Source: a cyanobacterium endosymbiont of Rhopalodia gibba
Lineage (GTDB): Bacteria > Cyanobacteriota > Cyanobacteriia > Cyanobacteriales > Microcystaceae
NCBI GenBank assembly: GCA_045159875.1
Contig: CP067995.1
Coordinates: 672,001 to 736,000 of the forward strand
DNA: 64,000 nt
Direction: 5' to 3'
Positions 46,561 through 58,525 of the stretch are shown here, in pieces. The first letter of the stretch is position 1. Each line of letters opens with the position of its first letter. The notes beneath the pieces were generated by a model. That model searched no databases, was not told the origin of the DNA, and saw only the letters and a list, made by a program, of their open reading frames with translations. Made by a program: the position numbers and the translations under genes.

Positions 46561-47742
46561 GTGCTAGAACCTACCAACCTCGAAACAACATTTGGATCTG
46601 ACATATCTTCATCGACGTCGATTCAGCTTTTGTTGTTTGTCGATGAGCGTCCAAGCTCCTATGAACACATTCAAAAAATCCAACATTACTTTAAACAGCT
46701 CAAAACGGACTTTTCATATCAACTGCAAGTCATTGAAATCTCTGAACAGCCCCACCTAGTGGAACATTTTCGTCTTGTGGCTACTCCTGCCTTAGTGAAA
46801 GTGTTTCCAGAACCAAGACAAACCTTAGCGGGAAGCAATATTGTTAACCAACTTAGGGAGTGGTGGCCAAGATGGCAATTAGCTCTCGAAGAAAGTCGTC
46901 CTGACGCTAATAACCATGGACAGCTCCAGAAACCAATCTCTCCCAATCCCATTAACTCCATAAGTCATTCGGTCGAACTGATGCGGTTATCCGATAAAAT
47001 TTTTCGCCTCAATCAAGAAAAAGAGGAACTCATACAGCAACTAAAATTCAAAAATCAGGTTTTGGCTATGCTTGCCCATGATTTGCGGAGTCCTTTGACA
47101 GCTGCGTCTATCACCGTTGAAACTCTCGAACTAGCTCAAAATCATCAAAATCCCCAACGCAGCGCAGAATTGAAAGAGGAACTTTACCAGCAAGCCAGAA
47201 AACAATTTCGCATTATGAACCGTTTAATTACGGATACACTACAAGCATCGCAAACGATGAAAACGGAGCTAGCTATTCATTGTCATGATGTCTTATTACA
47301 GGTGTTATGTGAAGAAATTCTCGAACAGTACACTAACTTATTTAAAGAAAAGTCTTTAATTTTAGTGAGGGATATTCCTCAAGATATTCCCCGAGTTTAT
47401 GCTGATGAAAAATTGATTCGCCAAGTGATCGTCAATCTATTAGATAATGCAATTAAATATACTCCATTAGGAGGAAAGGTCACTGTTTCAATTCTCCATC
47501 GCACCACTCAGAAAGTTCAGGTCAGTGTCTGTGATACAGGACCAGGTGTCCCCAAAGGGAAGCGGGAGAAGATTTTTGAAAGTTACTTCCGCCTCAAGCG
47601 TGATCAAGAAAAAGAGGGTTATGGGTTAGGCTTATCTTTGTGTCGAAAAATTATTCGCGCTCACTATGGACAAATCTGGGTCGATAGTGTTCTTAACCAG
47701 GGTAGCTGTTTTCAATTTACATTGCCCGTCTGTCGTCAATAA
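46561..47742 (+). CDS. sasA: Clock-associated histidine kinase SasA
   Basis: N-terminal KaiB-like domain (LLLFVD, VEHFRLVATPALVK, RQTLAG, WWPRW), H-box LAHDLRSPLT, and N, G1 and G2 boxes. Confidence 0.93.
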   Translation: MLEPTNLETTFGSDISSSTSIQLLLFVDERPSSYEHIQKIQHYFKQLKTDFSYQLQVIEISEQPHLVEHFRLVATPALVKVFPEPRQTLAGSNIVNQLREWWPRWQLALEESRPDANNHGQLQKPISPNPINSISHSVELMRLSDKIFRLNQEKEELIQQLKFKNQVLAMLAHDLRSPLTAASITVETLELAQNHQNPQRSAELKEELYQQARKQFRIMNRLITDTLQASQTMKTELAIHCHDVLLQVLCEEILEQYTNLFKEKSLILVRDIPQDIPRVYADEKLIRQVIVNLLDNAIKYTPLGGKVTVSILHRTTQKVQVSVCDTGPGVPKGKREKIFESYFRLKRDQEKEGYGLGLSLCRKIIRAHYGQIWVDSVLNQGSCFQFTLPVCRQ

Positions 47743-47831
47743 ATACCCTGAAAGTTAAGGTGTATTGCTCAAGATTTTGGGCTTTTAACCCCCTAAGCCT
47801 GCCAACATATCGCTGTATTTTAAATCTCGAA

Positions 47832-48524
47832 ATGCACAAGGTTATTATTATTGTTAATGCTGAGGTAAACGCACAAGGAGCTATTTATCTAGGTTCCTCT
47901 GCGACAAGAACTATGATAACAGCTCTACAAAGGACTATCTCGGCTGATTCTGACTCGACCGAGGTTGACGTTATCTCAGCGGCTTCCTTGTGGTCTAATA
48001 GCTTAACTTATTCAAAGTCTAACTCTAATCTCATTTACTGTCCCCTAACCATTGAAATTCCTCACAAGTTTTCATTTCCTAGGCAAAAACTCTATCAAAC
48101 TTGTAGAGATATCCCAGGACTACGACAATGGGTTGAACAAAATTTAGGATACAAAACCAGTATTCGAGATTCTTGGTTAGGAGATTTGTGGTTGCCTATC
48201 GTTGTGACAGGTAAACAAATGTTGTATGGTTCTGTCATTGGTGAAGGAACAATTCCTAATTCTTATGAGCAACCGGTTGAGTTGGACCGTAAAGTGGAGA
48301 AATCTCTTCACTCTCTAGCTCAGGAGTTATTAACTTCCCTTGATGCTCCCCCCTCAGTCTATCTAGTCCAGTTTCGCTTATTTAGTAATGAGATTATTTT
48401 TGATCGACTTTGGCCATTTCCGGCAGCTCCAGCTATCGCTTCTCTAAGATGTCAACAACCCAATCTATTTACTTGTCATTGGTATTGTCTTACTCAAAAA
48501 CCTATCGTACAAGTAACAACTTAA
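47832..48524 (+). CDS. Conserved cyanobacterial hypothetical protein
   Basis: Long open frame with YCPLT, LWLPIV and IIFDRLWPFPAAPAIAS. The ATG at 47832 is preferred over the GTG at 47760. Confidence 0.75.
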   Translation: MHKVIIIVNAEVNAQGAIYLGSSATRTMITALQRTISADSDSTEVDVISAASLWSNSLTYSKSNSNLIYCPLTIEIPHKFSFPRQKLYQTCRDIPGLRQWVEQNLGYKTSIRDSWLGDLWLPIVVTGKQMLYGSVIGEGTIPNSYEQPVELDRKVEKSLHSLAQELLTSLDAPPSVYLVQFRLFSNEIIFDRLWPFPAAPAIASLRCQQPNLFTCHWYCLTQKPIVQVTT

Positions 48525-48622
48525 TGAGTTAAATCCGTACAAGTTTTGACAATAATATAGTCGATAACTTCGCTATTTTAAAGCTACAAATAATTCCAGA
48601 AAATCTTAGATAGGTTTCATTT

Positions 48623-49834
48623 ATGAGTAAACTTGTACTCCAAATCCTAGTCCGATTTAATGAATCTCCTCATTCAACACAAAACAAAATTATTGCTGTT
48701 TTGGAGAAATGCTTTTTTATTTTGATTAAGTCCATTTCCATCTTACTTGTAGCTCCTTTTGCTATACAGTAAAGTATATAAACTACCTAAACAAGTTAAC
48801 ATTGATAACAAAATTACTAACTAGATTGGCAGTCGATAAGAAGACGCATAAATTCCTATTTAAAAAAAAATTAGTGAATTGGTGACTTTGTGTATTGACT
48901 AGTTCTCTTATTTGCAGTGGTGTGGCGTGTTGTCACAAATCTTCTATCAGCCATAGGAGTCAATTAAGTTAGTGCTAAATTAGTGAGATAAACTATCCCT
49001 CTTTTTAAGAGATAATCTATCTCACGAATTTTGAGAACTATTGTTTCATACCTTAATCTTAATTCCAGTAGCTATTATCGTTCTCGATATCCTGTAGATT
49101 TTCGCGGTTTCCTAATCAGCAATCGCTCTATCTAATCAAATATTAAGTTCTATTGCCTAAATTAGTAACGATTACAGTATTTTCAGCAATTGCTTATGAT
49201 TGTAGATATTTTTTTTCGTACGTAAATGACGAATAATATCTTAAATTATTATTGAGTTTAACAATATTTGAATTTTACAATGGTTGGGACTAACTGAGTT
49301 AGAGATCGCCTTTTCTAAACCTGAAACAACAGCTATAGAATCTAAACCAAGCAAAACTCGGTTAATAACTTCTAGTCAACTACCTCATATTTTTCTGGAA
49401 ATCATTATCTTAGTAGTGGTAATGTTGGTGTCTGCTTGAACAGCCGTTGATATCCTGTGAATAGAGATAATTAGAGCTGTTTTTGATACTTATCTTACTT
49501 ATTTCACTTCAAGTATTTGTAAGGATTGTCATTTTCTTTTTGGAGCTATACTTATCCAATTTGGCTTTCAGTTTCATTGTTAGTGCAAGAACTCCTCAAG
49601 TTAATTTTCTTAGTAATACAGCTCTAATTTCTATTATCATCCTTGTAGTTGCTATTGCACTCTGCAATAGATGAGACTGACTCCCAATATTGTAAATCTA
49701 GCATTTGATTGATCAGTAGGGTGAAATTGTGGTGGGAATTAATCTCACTTTCAAATTAGGAGGATGTGAAGTGGCCGCGGGACAGTAACGAAAATGGTTA
49801 AATAGTTTAAAACAAAATCAAAACCAAAAAATGA
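48623..49834 (+). pseudogene. TM-helix-repeat mechanosensitive-channel-like (CmpX-type) protein remnant
   Basis: Fragments NIDNKITN, ILIPVAII.LDIL, LYLSNLAFSFI, ISIIILVVAIAL, PNIVNLAF and LGGCEVAAGQ*RKWL, with many stops and frameshifts. Ends are approximate. Confidence 0.7.
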
Positions 49835-49963
49835 GTTGATTCTAACTTTTTCCGATTGATTTTAACCATTTTCAATTGATAAAGACGTTAATCCCTAGCG
49901 ATTCTGATACACTAATCCTAGTCGAAACATTTTTTCTATATTATTTAACAAGGAATTCTATAA

Positions 49964-50848
49964 ATGGGATTAGTGATTAGTACCGTCAACATGAAAGGTG
50001 GAGTTGGTAAAACAACCCTGACAGTCAATTTAGCCACCTGTTTGGCTAAATATCATGGAAAGCGAGTACTAGTGTTAGACTTAGATTCTCAAATTAGTGC
50101 AACCCTTAGCCTAATGTCGCCTCATGAGTTTGCAAAAACAAGAAAAAAACGTCGCACCTTGAGCTATTTACTCAATAACATTGTTCAACCAAATCCCTAT
50201 AGCAAACTGGATGTTCATGATATAGTCCAACCCTATATTTGCAATATAGAAGGGTTGGACTTATTGCCAGGAGACTTGGAACTTTATGATGAATATGTTA
50301 TCTCAGAAATTCTACATAAACAGGCAACAACCATTGGCAACCCAGATTTTAAAACGGTATGGAACCACTTTGAAAGAGTTTTGATTGAGAAAATTATTAC
50401 ATCGGTTATTGAATATTATGACTTAATTATAATGGATTGTGCTCCTGGTTACAATCTTTTAACTCGAAGTGGTTTAGCCGCTAGCCATTATTACTTACTT
50501 CCTGCACGTCCTGAACCTTTATCAGTAGTGGGAATACAGCTTTTAGAACGACGCATTGCTAAACTCAAAGAAAGTCATAAAAAAACTGATCCAATAAATT
50601 TAAATTTATTGGGCGTTGTATTTATTTTGTCAGGAGGAGGTCTACTCAGCCGTTATTATAACCGGGTTCTGAAAAGGGTTCAAAAGGATTTGAACCCTTT
50701 TCAGTTGTTTGATACTTCAATTCCTATGGATGTTAATGTGGCTAAAGCAGTTGATAGTTTTCGTCCCGTAGTGACAGCTATGCCAAATTCTAGCGGTTCC
50801 AAAGCTTTTATTAAATTAACTGAAGAGTTTTTAAGTAAGCTACCTTAA
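49964..50848 (+). CDS. ParA/Soj-family ATPase
   Basis: NMKGGVGKTT deviant Walker A, VLDLDSQ and IMDCAPG motifs; no parB next to it. Confidence 0.92.
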   Translation: MGLVISTVNMKGGVGKTTLTVNLATCLAKYHGKRVLVLDLDSQISATLSLMSPHEFAKTRKKRRTLSYLLNNIVQPNPYSKLDVHDIVQPYICNIEGLDLLPGDLELYDEYVISEILHKQATTIGNPDFKTVWNHFERVLIEKIITSVIEYYDLIIMDCAPGYNLLTRSGLAASHYYLLPARPEPLSVVGIQLLERRIAKLKESHKKTDPINLNLLGVVFILSGGGLLSRYYNRVLKRVQKDLNPFQLFDTSIPMDVNVAKAVDSFRPVVTAMPNSSGSKAFIKLTEEFLSKLP

Positions 50849-51946
50849 TTATTAACAGGGAAAGTTTGAGAAGATTAATGTGTAGTAACATCTTTTTTTT
50901 ATAGAAATATAAACTCAATTGAAGTTGTCTTTAGAAGATACTAATCTACACGAAGCTAATTTAGGCATAATTTTTTATTATAATGCTAACTTCCACAATA
51001 TGGACTTTACCTCTACTTTTTTTAAAAAAAGTAATATTAAGGAATATCAATTTAAGTAATGTTTTCTTATGTTAAGCTAGTTTCAGTAGATTTGATTCAA
51101 AAAAAGGTTACCTTTAAGAGAATTTTATTTGATTGATTATTATATATTTGACAAGTAGGTGAACTTAAAAAAGTCTCCAATAGAAAAGCCGTTAAAGAAT
51201 AACAATTACTGAATACAAACTTTCCTAGAAATCTAGTTAACAGGAATAGACAAGTAAGTGTCATCAAAGCTGAATTGTGGCTCAATATTTTTTTAAAAGA
51301 AGCTGACAAAACAAAAATAAGAATTTTATGTTTAAATTTAAGATGATATAACGTCAGAGAAATTGAAAATTGAGCGCAACCATCACAGAATGTAATTATA
51401 AAAATTCTTTTTAGATAGATAGGTTAAAAAATAGAAAAATTGTAATTTTATCCCAGAAGTAAAAAAAAGAACTTAGAACAAAGAATAAATAAAGTCTATT
51501 TAAGAGTTTTAAAATTCTGTTTTAAACACTTAAACTAGTTAACAACTATCTAAGCATAAAATAGAGAGAATTCTAATTAATTTAGACATAAATTATAACT
51601 ATAAAATAATAAAAATTAGAACATAACTATATCTTTACAAAAAAAAGTGTACAAATCTTATGTAAATACACAGACTAAGTTTATAAATACAGTTATTATC
51701 GTTATAGCAGTCTAATTCAGTATGATTTAAAGAGCAATTAGCTAGATTGACTGAAGTCATGAAAATAAAAATTAAAGTTGAAATTATAACTTAAAAATTT
51801 ATCTAAAAAATATTATTTATCTTTTATTCTTTTAAATAGATAAGACTAATATAAAGTATAGTTTATTGGTATTTATTACCCTAAATTTAGATCTACTAAT
51901 ATTAGCTATTTTTGACTTTTATAATTATTAGCAATTGTAAATTTTT

Positions 51947-52741
51947 TTATAGAGAAACTTCTTTGATTTCTTCAATTATAGATAGCCAATCTTTTTTTAC
52001 TTCATTTATTTTTGTCTTCTGAGATTGATCAGAACCCAATAGCTGATAATGAGGACAGCTTGTTTGACAATTGGCAAGATGAGGAAAATTAATGTTTTCT
52101 TGAGTATATTCCTTAAACCAATTCTTGAATTTATTTAAAAGCATTGTTAAATCTTCATTATTTTTTTGATGTTTATCTTTATCATAAAAAAATGTCAAAG
52201 ATTGAGGTTTAGTGGGAAGTTTGACAAACCAATAAGTTAGAGAAATCTGTTCGGGCAAATAGTCAGACGTTTCCGCTAAGACATATAAATAAAGTCGAGT
52301 TTGCCAATGATTAGCTAATTTGTTTGGATTTTCTGGCTTAAGATAGGTTTTCCAATCTAAAATCTCAGCTTTTTTTGGCTCAGCAATTAATAAATCATAA
52401 ATAACAGTCAATAAATATCCTTGAAATTTAAGATTCCGAGAATGTTCAGCTTCTTTCCAAATATTTTGAGAAGGATTTCTCAGGCTAGATACAGTATCAA
52501 TTAATGCGTTTAAAGAGTTTCGCATTTGTTTATCTTTAGCCACAAGTAACTCAATTGATAATCCTAATTCATGTTGTTGCATTAGTTGGTGAAATTGATT
52601 CCCCCAGGATAATTTTTCCTGTTTTTCTGGACTTAAAGGAGTACTCAATTGTTCTAGATAAACACGTTGAAATTGAGGAGGACAAGTTTCTAATAAATTC
52701 AAGTGAGATTGAGACAGATGAATTAAATTAATATCTTTCAT
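51947..52741 (-). CDS. PD-(D/E)XK nuclease-family protein (AddB/Cas4-like fold)
   Basis: LSQSHLNLLETCP, WGNQFH, YDLLI..ILDWKT and WQTRLYLY motifs, with C-terminal cysteines. Confidence 0.85.
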   Translation of the reverse strand: MKDINLIHLSQSHLNLLETCPPQFQRVYLEQLSTPLSPEKQEKLSWGNQFHQLMQQHELGLSIELLVAKDKQMRNSLNALIDTVSSLRNPSQNIWKEAEHSRNLKFQGYLLTVIYDLLIAEPKKAEILDWKTYLKPENPNKLANHWQTRLYLYVLAETSDYLPEQISLTYWFVKLPTKPQSLTFFYDKDKHQKNNEDLTMLLNKFKNWFKEYTQENINFPHLANCQTSCPHYQLLGSDQSQKTKINEVKKDWLSIIEEIKEVSL

Positions 52742-53148
52742 TGGATATAAAAATTGATATTTTTTTGTTAGTGACTTCTAAAATATAAAGCTCTTAAATT
52801 TATAACTGATAACTTTAATTTACTAGTGTCTGAGCTTATGCTTATAACTTAATAGATACAGTTTAGACTATGAAAATAGGTGATTTTCCTACAAATTTTT
52901 ATCTTTTACTATTATCTAGAATACAATAGTCTTTAACATACAAGTTTTGTAATAATTGTCATTATAACTTTTTGGAATTAATGAATAAGTATTTTACAGA
53001 AATCTTCATTAATGATTTATTATGTATTTTAATTGCTATAAATTATACTATTAATCCTCGGTGAAATTTTTCTACTTTAAAAGATCAAAGTTATTATCAT
53101 TTACCACTAAGTCTCCAGAAAGAGACTATTAGAGTTATAGTGCTATGG

Positions 53149-53178
53149 CTCAACTCTCTTGCCCTTAAGAGAGTTGAG
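53149..53178. repeat. Perfect inverted repeat, 12-bp arms, 6-nt loop
   Basis: CTCAACTCTCTT-GCCCTT-AAGAGAGTTGAG. Confidence 0.85.
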
Positions 53179-53885
53179 TATTGCTTTTAAGACGTGAGGG
53201 AATCGACAATCTCAAACCTTCATCAGGATATTGGTAAAGAAAGACCTAAAGAATATAGAGAAGATTTAAGTTAAATGACAAATATGCTTGGACTAAATTC
53301 AGAGAAAAAATTAAGATAACTTATTTTAACTTATATTAAATATCAATAAGTTTATAATCACAGTTGCATCTTCTTAATCTACCATATATCTTTATGAATC
53401 TCATTCTATTTAAAAAAATTGAAACTAATAAAAAAAATATCTTAAATATAAAGTTTTAACAAAATAAAAAAGGCTGAAAAGAAGTTGATGAAAATAACTA
53501 ATTACGAGTTGAAGTTAGTTTCTACTATGTTAGATTATTTTTTCATATTTTAAACTCTAGTTTTATTTTAATTTCGAACAATATCCTAAATTATTACTAT
53601 AGAAATAATTACTATTTCTAATTAGATTTTATTGATTATTCGTATTTAAACTGAGTTGTACGGTTTCTTATTTTAAGAGTTATTTTAAAAAAATAGTTAA
53701 ATAAGAAAAGATATTCGAATTATAATCTCAGTATCGTCTTAAAATATAGATATTTTGCAATAGCAGCACTCGATATAGTATTGAAGGTTACAGGTTGAAT
53801 GCTATTTCAACTATACATGAACTATCTAAGTTATTAGGTGTATTTATAAATAAACATTAAGTTTTACAATAAACAGGATAACTAT

Positions 53886-54290
53886 ATAGCTAACCCACAC
53901 TACATAAATTTCTTCAAACACAGTTCACAATTATGGAATAAATGGCGTGATCATAATATTGACATTATTCTCGATTTTAAAAACATCAATTCTAGTTGGC
54001 TTAATTTTAATAATGTTGACATTGAATGTTCTAACATTCAAGATACTAATTTTTATACGCAAAGCTAATTTAAGCATGGCTTTCCCTCATATAGCTAGTC
54101 TTTTTTGAATCAATCTGAGCTAAAGCAAGTTAATCTCAGCAGTTGCGATTTAAGATTCACACTTAGTTGATAGTAATCTGGAAGAAGTAAACTTAGAAAA
54201 AATTAATTTCATTCATTCTACTTTAATTAGAGCTAATTTCTTTAATGTTAATTGAAGTAATTCTCTAATTTTTAATAACACACTGAAATA
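53886..54290 (+). pseudogene. Pentapeptide-repeat protein remnant
   Basis: IANPHYINFFKHSSQLWNKWRDHNIDIILDF (a MANxxH..WNxWR-type start) followed by decayed xNLxx repeats (SNLEE VNLEK INFIH STLIR ANFFN). Confidence 0.7.
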
Positions 54291-55068
54291 GACTAAATCA
54301 AAATAATTTATTACTGATAAGTTTTTAAACCTTGAATATTAGTTAAGATCAACAAATGAGAATTTATTCTAAAATAGATATTATTTCTAATTCTTAAAAT
54401 CAACAATTGACTAAAAATATTTTTACTTTAATAGATAGAACTAAGTCGAATAAATATACTTATTGTTTAAAATTTAAAGTTGAGGTTATAATCTCAGTGC
54501 TCATAAGAAGTACTCTGAAATCAACGCATTCAAATTTTACTTTAAATAATCTACAAGTCTGTACTGTACAATAAATAATCTTATGACAAGGAGATAGTAA
54601 TTAAAAAATACTGAAGTTTAAATAATGAATGGCAAAATCTTAAGCACTAACAGATAATAAATTAAAGAAAATTTATACTTCTCTTTATAGAGAAATTAGT
54701 TACATATTTTTGAATTAATTTTAGCTATATGGTTTGGATGACTGGTAATATTTTATTTTTTAAAAAATTTATTTTACTACTAAAATTACTCGTTTTAAGC
54801 ATTAGTTAATTAGTTAATTAGTTTTTAACCCTTAACATTGTGTTCTGATATGATAGATATTTAAAAATTAGTAGACAAATATTATTTTTATAGCCACTGA
54901 ACACATTACTTATATTTTTTCTATTTGTTTGGGTTTAGTCATTTCCAACATTAACTAGTGTTATTTTCCCCAACCATATTGACTTGTTTGGATAAAAATA
55001 AATTTACTTTCATGTAGAAAGTAAAGAATATTTGTTAAAATTGTAATTTTTTTCTATATTTTATTTCT

Positions 55069-56427
55069 CTATACTCTGGTTGCTCGGTTAACAGTTTGTT
55101 CAAGATCTCTAACTTTCTTTCCTCTCCATAGCAAACGGATAGGAGTTCCCGGAAAACCTAATTGCTGACGGAATTGACCTTCAATATAACGACGATAATT
55201 ATCATTAAATCGTTTCGGATCATTGACAAATAAAGCCATAGTAGGGGGTTGACTCGATACCTGAGTTCCATAATAAATTTTTCCCTGTTTTCCTTGACGA
55301 GTTGTAGGAGGAGAATGCCAACTAACTGCCTCTTGCAAAATCTCATTAACTACAGCTGTACTCACGCGACGACGATGTTCTTCAGCTGAACTTTTAACTA
55401 AACTGAGAACCTTTTTAACTCGTTGACCTGTCATTGCACTGACAAAAATAATAGGAGACCATTCCATAAAGTAGAGTCGAGAAAATACCCTTATTTTATA
55501 TTCATAAATAGTGTATGAATCTTTATCAACAGCATCCCATTTATTAACTACAATTACAGCTGCGCGGCCTTCATCGATAATTCTATCTGCTAATTTTAGG
55601 TCTTGTTCGGTTATTCCATCAATTGCATCAATCACAAATAATACAACATCAGAACGGCAAATGGCTTTAAAAGAACGATTAATACCAAAAAATTCTGCTC
55701 CATATTCAACATTCTTTTTCCGACGAATTCCTGCCGTATCAATTAACCGATAGCTTTGTCCATCCTGTTCAAATACCGTATCAATAGCATCTCTTGTCGT
55801 TCCTGAAATAGGACTAACAATCGCCCGGTTTTTTCCCAAAAAAGCATTTAAAAGACTAGATTTTCCCACATTAGGACGGCCAATAATTGCTACACTAATT
55901 TCATTAGTGTCAGTTAATTCTTCGAGAGGAGGAAGATAGGGAATTAAATCGTCTAAAAGTTCTCCTGTCCCACTACCATGAATTCCTGAGATTGGATAAG
56001 GATTTCCTAATCCTAATTCCCAAAATTGTGCTGCTTGAATAATTCCTTGTTCTACAGATTCACACTTATTGACAGCTAACAACACAGGAACGGATTGTTG
56101 ACGTAACCAACTTGCAATTTCATGATCGCCAGCCGTGGGACCAGTTTGTCCATCCACGACAAAAATAGTCGCACTTGATTCATTTAAAGCAACCATGGCT
56201 TGTTCTCGAATTAACGGCAAAAATTCCGTGTCGTCTTCGAATACTAATCCTCCTGTATCTACTACTTGAAAGTCTCGATCCTCCCAAAAACAAAGCCGAT
56301 AAGTACGGTCACGAGTAATTCCTGGCTCATCATGGACAATAGCCTGCTGATCTCCTGCTAGTCTATTAACTAGGGTTGATTTGCCTACATTAGGCCGTCC
56401 GATAATAGCAACAATAGGTAGTGGCAT
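55069..56427 (-). CDS. der: Ribosome biogenesis GTPase Der (EngA)
   Basis: Two GTPase domains (GRPNVGKS twice, DTGG, DTAG, NKCE/NKWD) and a KH-like C-terminus; ATG at 56427. Confidence 0.97.
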   Translation of the reverse strand: MPLPIVAIIGRPNVGKSTLVNRLAGDQQAIVHDEPGITRDRTYRLCFWEDRDFQVVDTGGLVFEDDTEFLPLIREQAMVALNESSATIFVVDGQTGPTAGDHEIASWLRQQSVPVLLAVNKCESVEQGIIQAAQFWELGLGNPYPISGIHGSGTGELLDDLIPYLPPLEELTDTNEISVAIIGRPNVGKSSLLNAFLGKNRAIVSPISGTTRDAIDTVFEQDGQSYRLIDTAGIRRKKNVEYGAEFFGINRSFKAICRSDVVLFVIDAIDGITEQDLKLADRIIDEGRAAVIVVNKWDAVDKDSYTIYEYKIRVFSRLYFMEWSPIIFVSAMTGQRVKKVLSLVKSSAEEHRRRVSTAVVNEILQEAVSWHSPPTTRQGKQGKIYYGTQVSSQPPTMALFVNDPKRFNDNYRRYIEGQFRQQLGFPGTPIRLLWRGKKVRDLEQTVNRATRV

Positions 56428-56729
56428 AATTCTTCTCTCAATTCTGAACAAAAATACTACAGATTTTCTTGATTAACTAAGGTACATCTTAATTTATCTT
56501 CTATTCGGTAATTCTGTGAAGACCAGCAACTTCAAAATCAATAATATTTGCTACATACGCGGTATCTCCAATACAGAGGGTTAATTAAATAAAATAATAA
56601 ACTATAATAAGTAATTGAAGATGAGAATTATGTCTACCTAACAATAAGTTCGTACTTTAATGATACATCTAGTTTATGGTTCGATCAGTGGGTATTGTAC
56701 AATGGGGAAACCCCTCAACAATCTTTCTT

Positions 56730-57992
56730 TTATAACTTCCCATTTCCTTGAACCACATGCTTAAGGGTTGTAAATGTTTCCAGAGAAATCAAACCTCTAT
56801 GGTGTCCTTTTTGATTGGAGACTCCTAGAAATAGAGACTCTCCTTGCTTGGGATAACGAGAAAAACGAGGGGAAGCATTAATATAAACCAGGGCACTGTC
56901 AACTTCCATAGCAAATTGACGACTTTCTGGGTAAGAATCTGTCACTAGACAATCGGCATGTCCACTACTATATTGATTGATCCAGCCAATCCCTTCAGAT
57001 AAATCATTAATTATCTTAAAAGCGATAATCCTATCAAGATAGGGATTTCCCCATTCCGACGATTTAACAGGAGTAAGATAATCAGAAAACTCTGCTGATA
57101 ACTCCCCATCACCACGTAATTGGAATCCTTTTCCCCGTAGAGTGTTGAATAACCTTACTAGAATAGATGGATTGTGTAGGGGGCTAATTAAAACTTTTTC
57201 AATGGCATTAACAGGATCAGGTTCACTGGCGTGGCTATCAAGAATTACCCATCGTACTAGATTTAAATCTACTGTAGGAGACCAATAAAGATAACAATTT
57301 CCCATTGCTGACCTAAGCACAGGGGCTGTCGCTAAGCGAGTCACCTGATCGACTAAACTAGGACGGCCATAGGGCATCACTAAACTAAGATACTGATCCT
57401 GGGTTACTAAATCTTGAATGGAAGCCCCCTCATCCCCTGAAAGAACTTCCAAACACCCCCTTGGTAATTTTACTTGCTCAAGGGCAACCTGAAGAATTTC
57501 AGCAATAACGGCATTGGAGTGAGTAGACGAGCCACAACCCCGTAAAATTAAGCTGTTGCCTGTTTTTAAACAAAATCCCGCCGTTATTGCCCCCAATTCA
57601 GGAAAGGTTTCGTAAATTAAAGTAATGACTCCTAAAGGCATCAATTGACAATAGGTCTGGGATGCACTCAGGGGATAGGGTGCGTGAAAGACTCGTCGAA
57701 TTGGGTCGGGGACTTCAGCTAAACGCTCTAAAATAGAGACTACCTGATGAAGTCGTTCAGGGGTCAATTTGAGCCAATCAATTAAAAGATCAGGAACTGC
57801 CATTTCCCTGCTCATTTCAAGATCAAGTGTATTAGCCTCTAAAATGTCATCGAAGGCCTGGTTGATTCCTTGAGCCATAGCACGGATGCCTTGGCTACGA
57901 TGAATGCTATCACTTGTTTCCAGGGCAAGAAAAGCATTATAAGCCCGTTGAACAGATGTCAGAAGTACGTTAGGAGAGCTTTCTATTGCCAT
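56730..57992 (-). CDS. proA: Gamma-glutamyl phosphate reductase-like protein (divergent ProA paralog)
   Basis: MPLGVITLIYE, KTGNSLILRG, INQYSSGHADC and VDSALVYINASPRF motifs. The usual catalytic xCN is PVN here. Confidence 0.85.
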   Translation of the reverse strand: MAIESSPNVLLTSVQRAYNAFLALETSDSIHRSQGIRAMAQGINQAFDDILEANTLDLEMSREMAVPDLLIDWLKLTPERLHQVVSILERLAEVPDPIRRVFHAPYPLSASQTYCQLMPLGVITLIYETFPELGAITAGFCLKTGNSLILRGCGSSTHSNAVIAEILQVALEQVKLPRGCLEVLSGDEGASIQDLVTQDQYLSLVMPYGRPSLVDQVTRLATAPVLRSAMGNCYLYWSPTVDLNLVRWVILDSHASEPDPVNAIEKVLISPLHNPSILVRLFNTLRGKGFQLRGDGELSAEFSDYLTPVKSSEWGNPYLDRIIAFKIINDLSEGIGWINQYSSGHADCLVTDSYPESRQFAMEVDSALVYINASPRFSRYPKQGESLFLGVSNQKGHHRGLISLETFTTLKHVVQGNGKL

Positions 57993-58002
57993 AGAGTTTG
58001 CA

Positions 58003-58279
58003 TCAACGCCGATAGGCTAACAAAAAAATTATTGCCGATAACGTTACTAATAGTCTCATAAGAACAACCCAGATTACCATAACGCCAAGATCGCCAATAC
58101 GGACAGCTCGACGACAGCCGTTCAATAATTTATCTATTTTCTTTGAAAACGAATATCTGCTGACACCGATAACAGCTGAAAGACTTGGTAAGAACAATCG
58201 GAAAGAGAGGGTCTCGCTGCCGACATAAACAGGGATAGTCATTACTTAAATCAAATTTCGTAGACTCTTGAGGTCGCAC
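58003..58279 (-). pseudogene. Cys-rich conserved hypothetical protein upstream of the proA paralog, disrupted
   Basis: The frame from GTG 58279 reads VRPQESTKFDLSNDYPCLCRQR..PIVLTKSFSCYRCQQIFV..*IIERLSS..PYWRSWR. The hydrophobic C-terminus ending LAYRR is in another frame. Confidence 0.6.
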
Positions 58280-58453
58280 AAGCGCCAAAATTTACGCCAT
58301 GTACACATAGTACAGTCCCCAATTCTTGGACATTAACACCAAATCTCCACTTAATCAACCCCTTTACTCCCTTTCTCTCTTATGGCTATCACTAATCTTA
58401 GAAGGACAGTAGTCGTTGAGTTTTGTCTTGAGTGTTTTTATCAGACCTCCCAA

Positions 58454-58525
58454 AGCGGGTAACGCGATTCGAACGCGCGACATTCACCTTGGCAAGGTGA
58501 CGCTCTACCGCTGAGCTATACCCGC
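58454..58525 (-). tRNA. trnG: tRNA-Gly(GCC)
   Basis: GCGGGTATAGCTCAGCGGTAGAGCGTCACCTTGCCAAGGTGAATGTCGCGCGTTCGAATCGCGTTACCCGCT folds into a full cloverleaf. Confidence 0.97.

Noticed and set aside
49964..50848. ParA as evidence of an integrated plasmid or prophage
   Set aside because: No parB, rep, integrase or phage genes are nearby; orphan ParA-family genes are common on cyanobacterial chromosomes.
51947..52741. Cas4-like nuclease as a sign of a CRISPR or defence locus
   Set aside because: I saw no repeat-spacer array or other cas or defence genes; stand-alone PD-(D/E)XK genes are common in cyanobacteria.
58003..58242. 79-aa ORF as an intact gene
   Set aside because: The conserved-looking Cys-rich part is in a different frame; only the tail appears to be the original frame.
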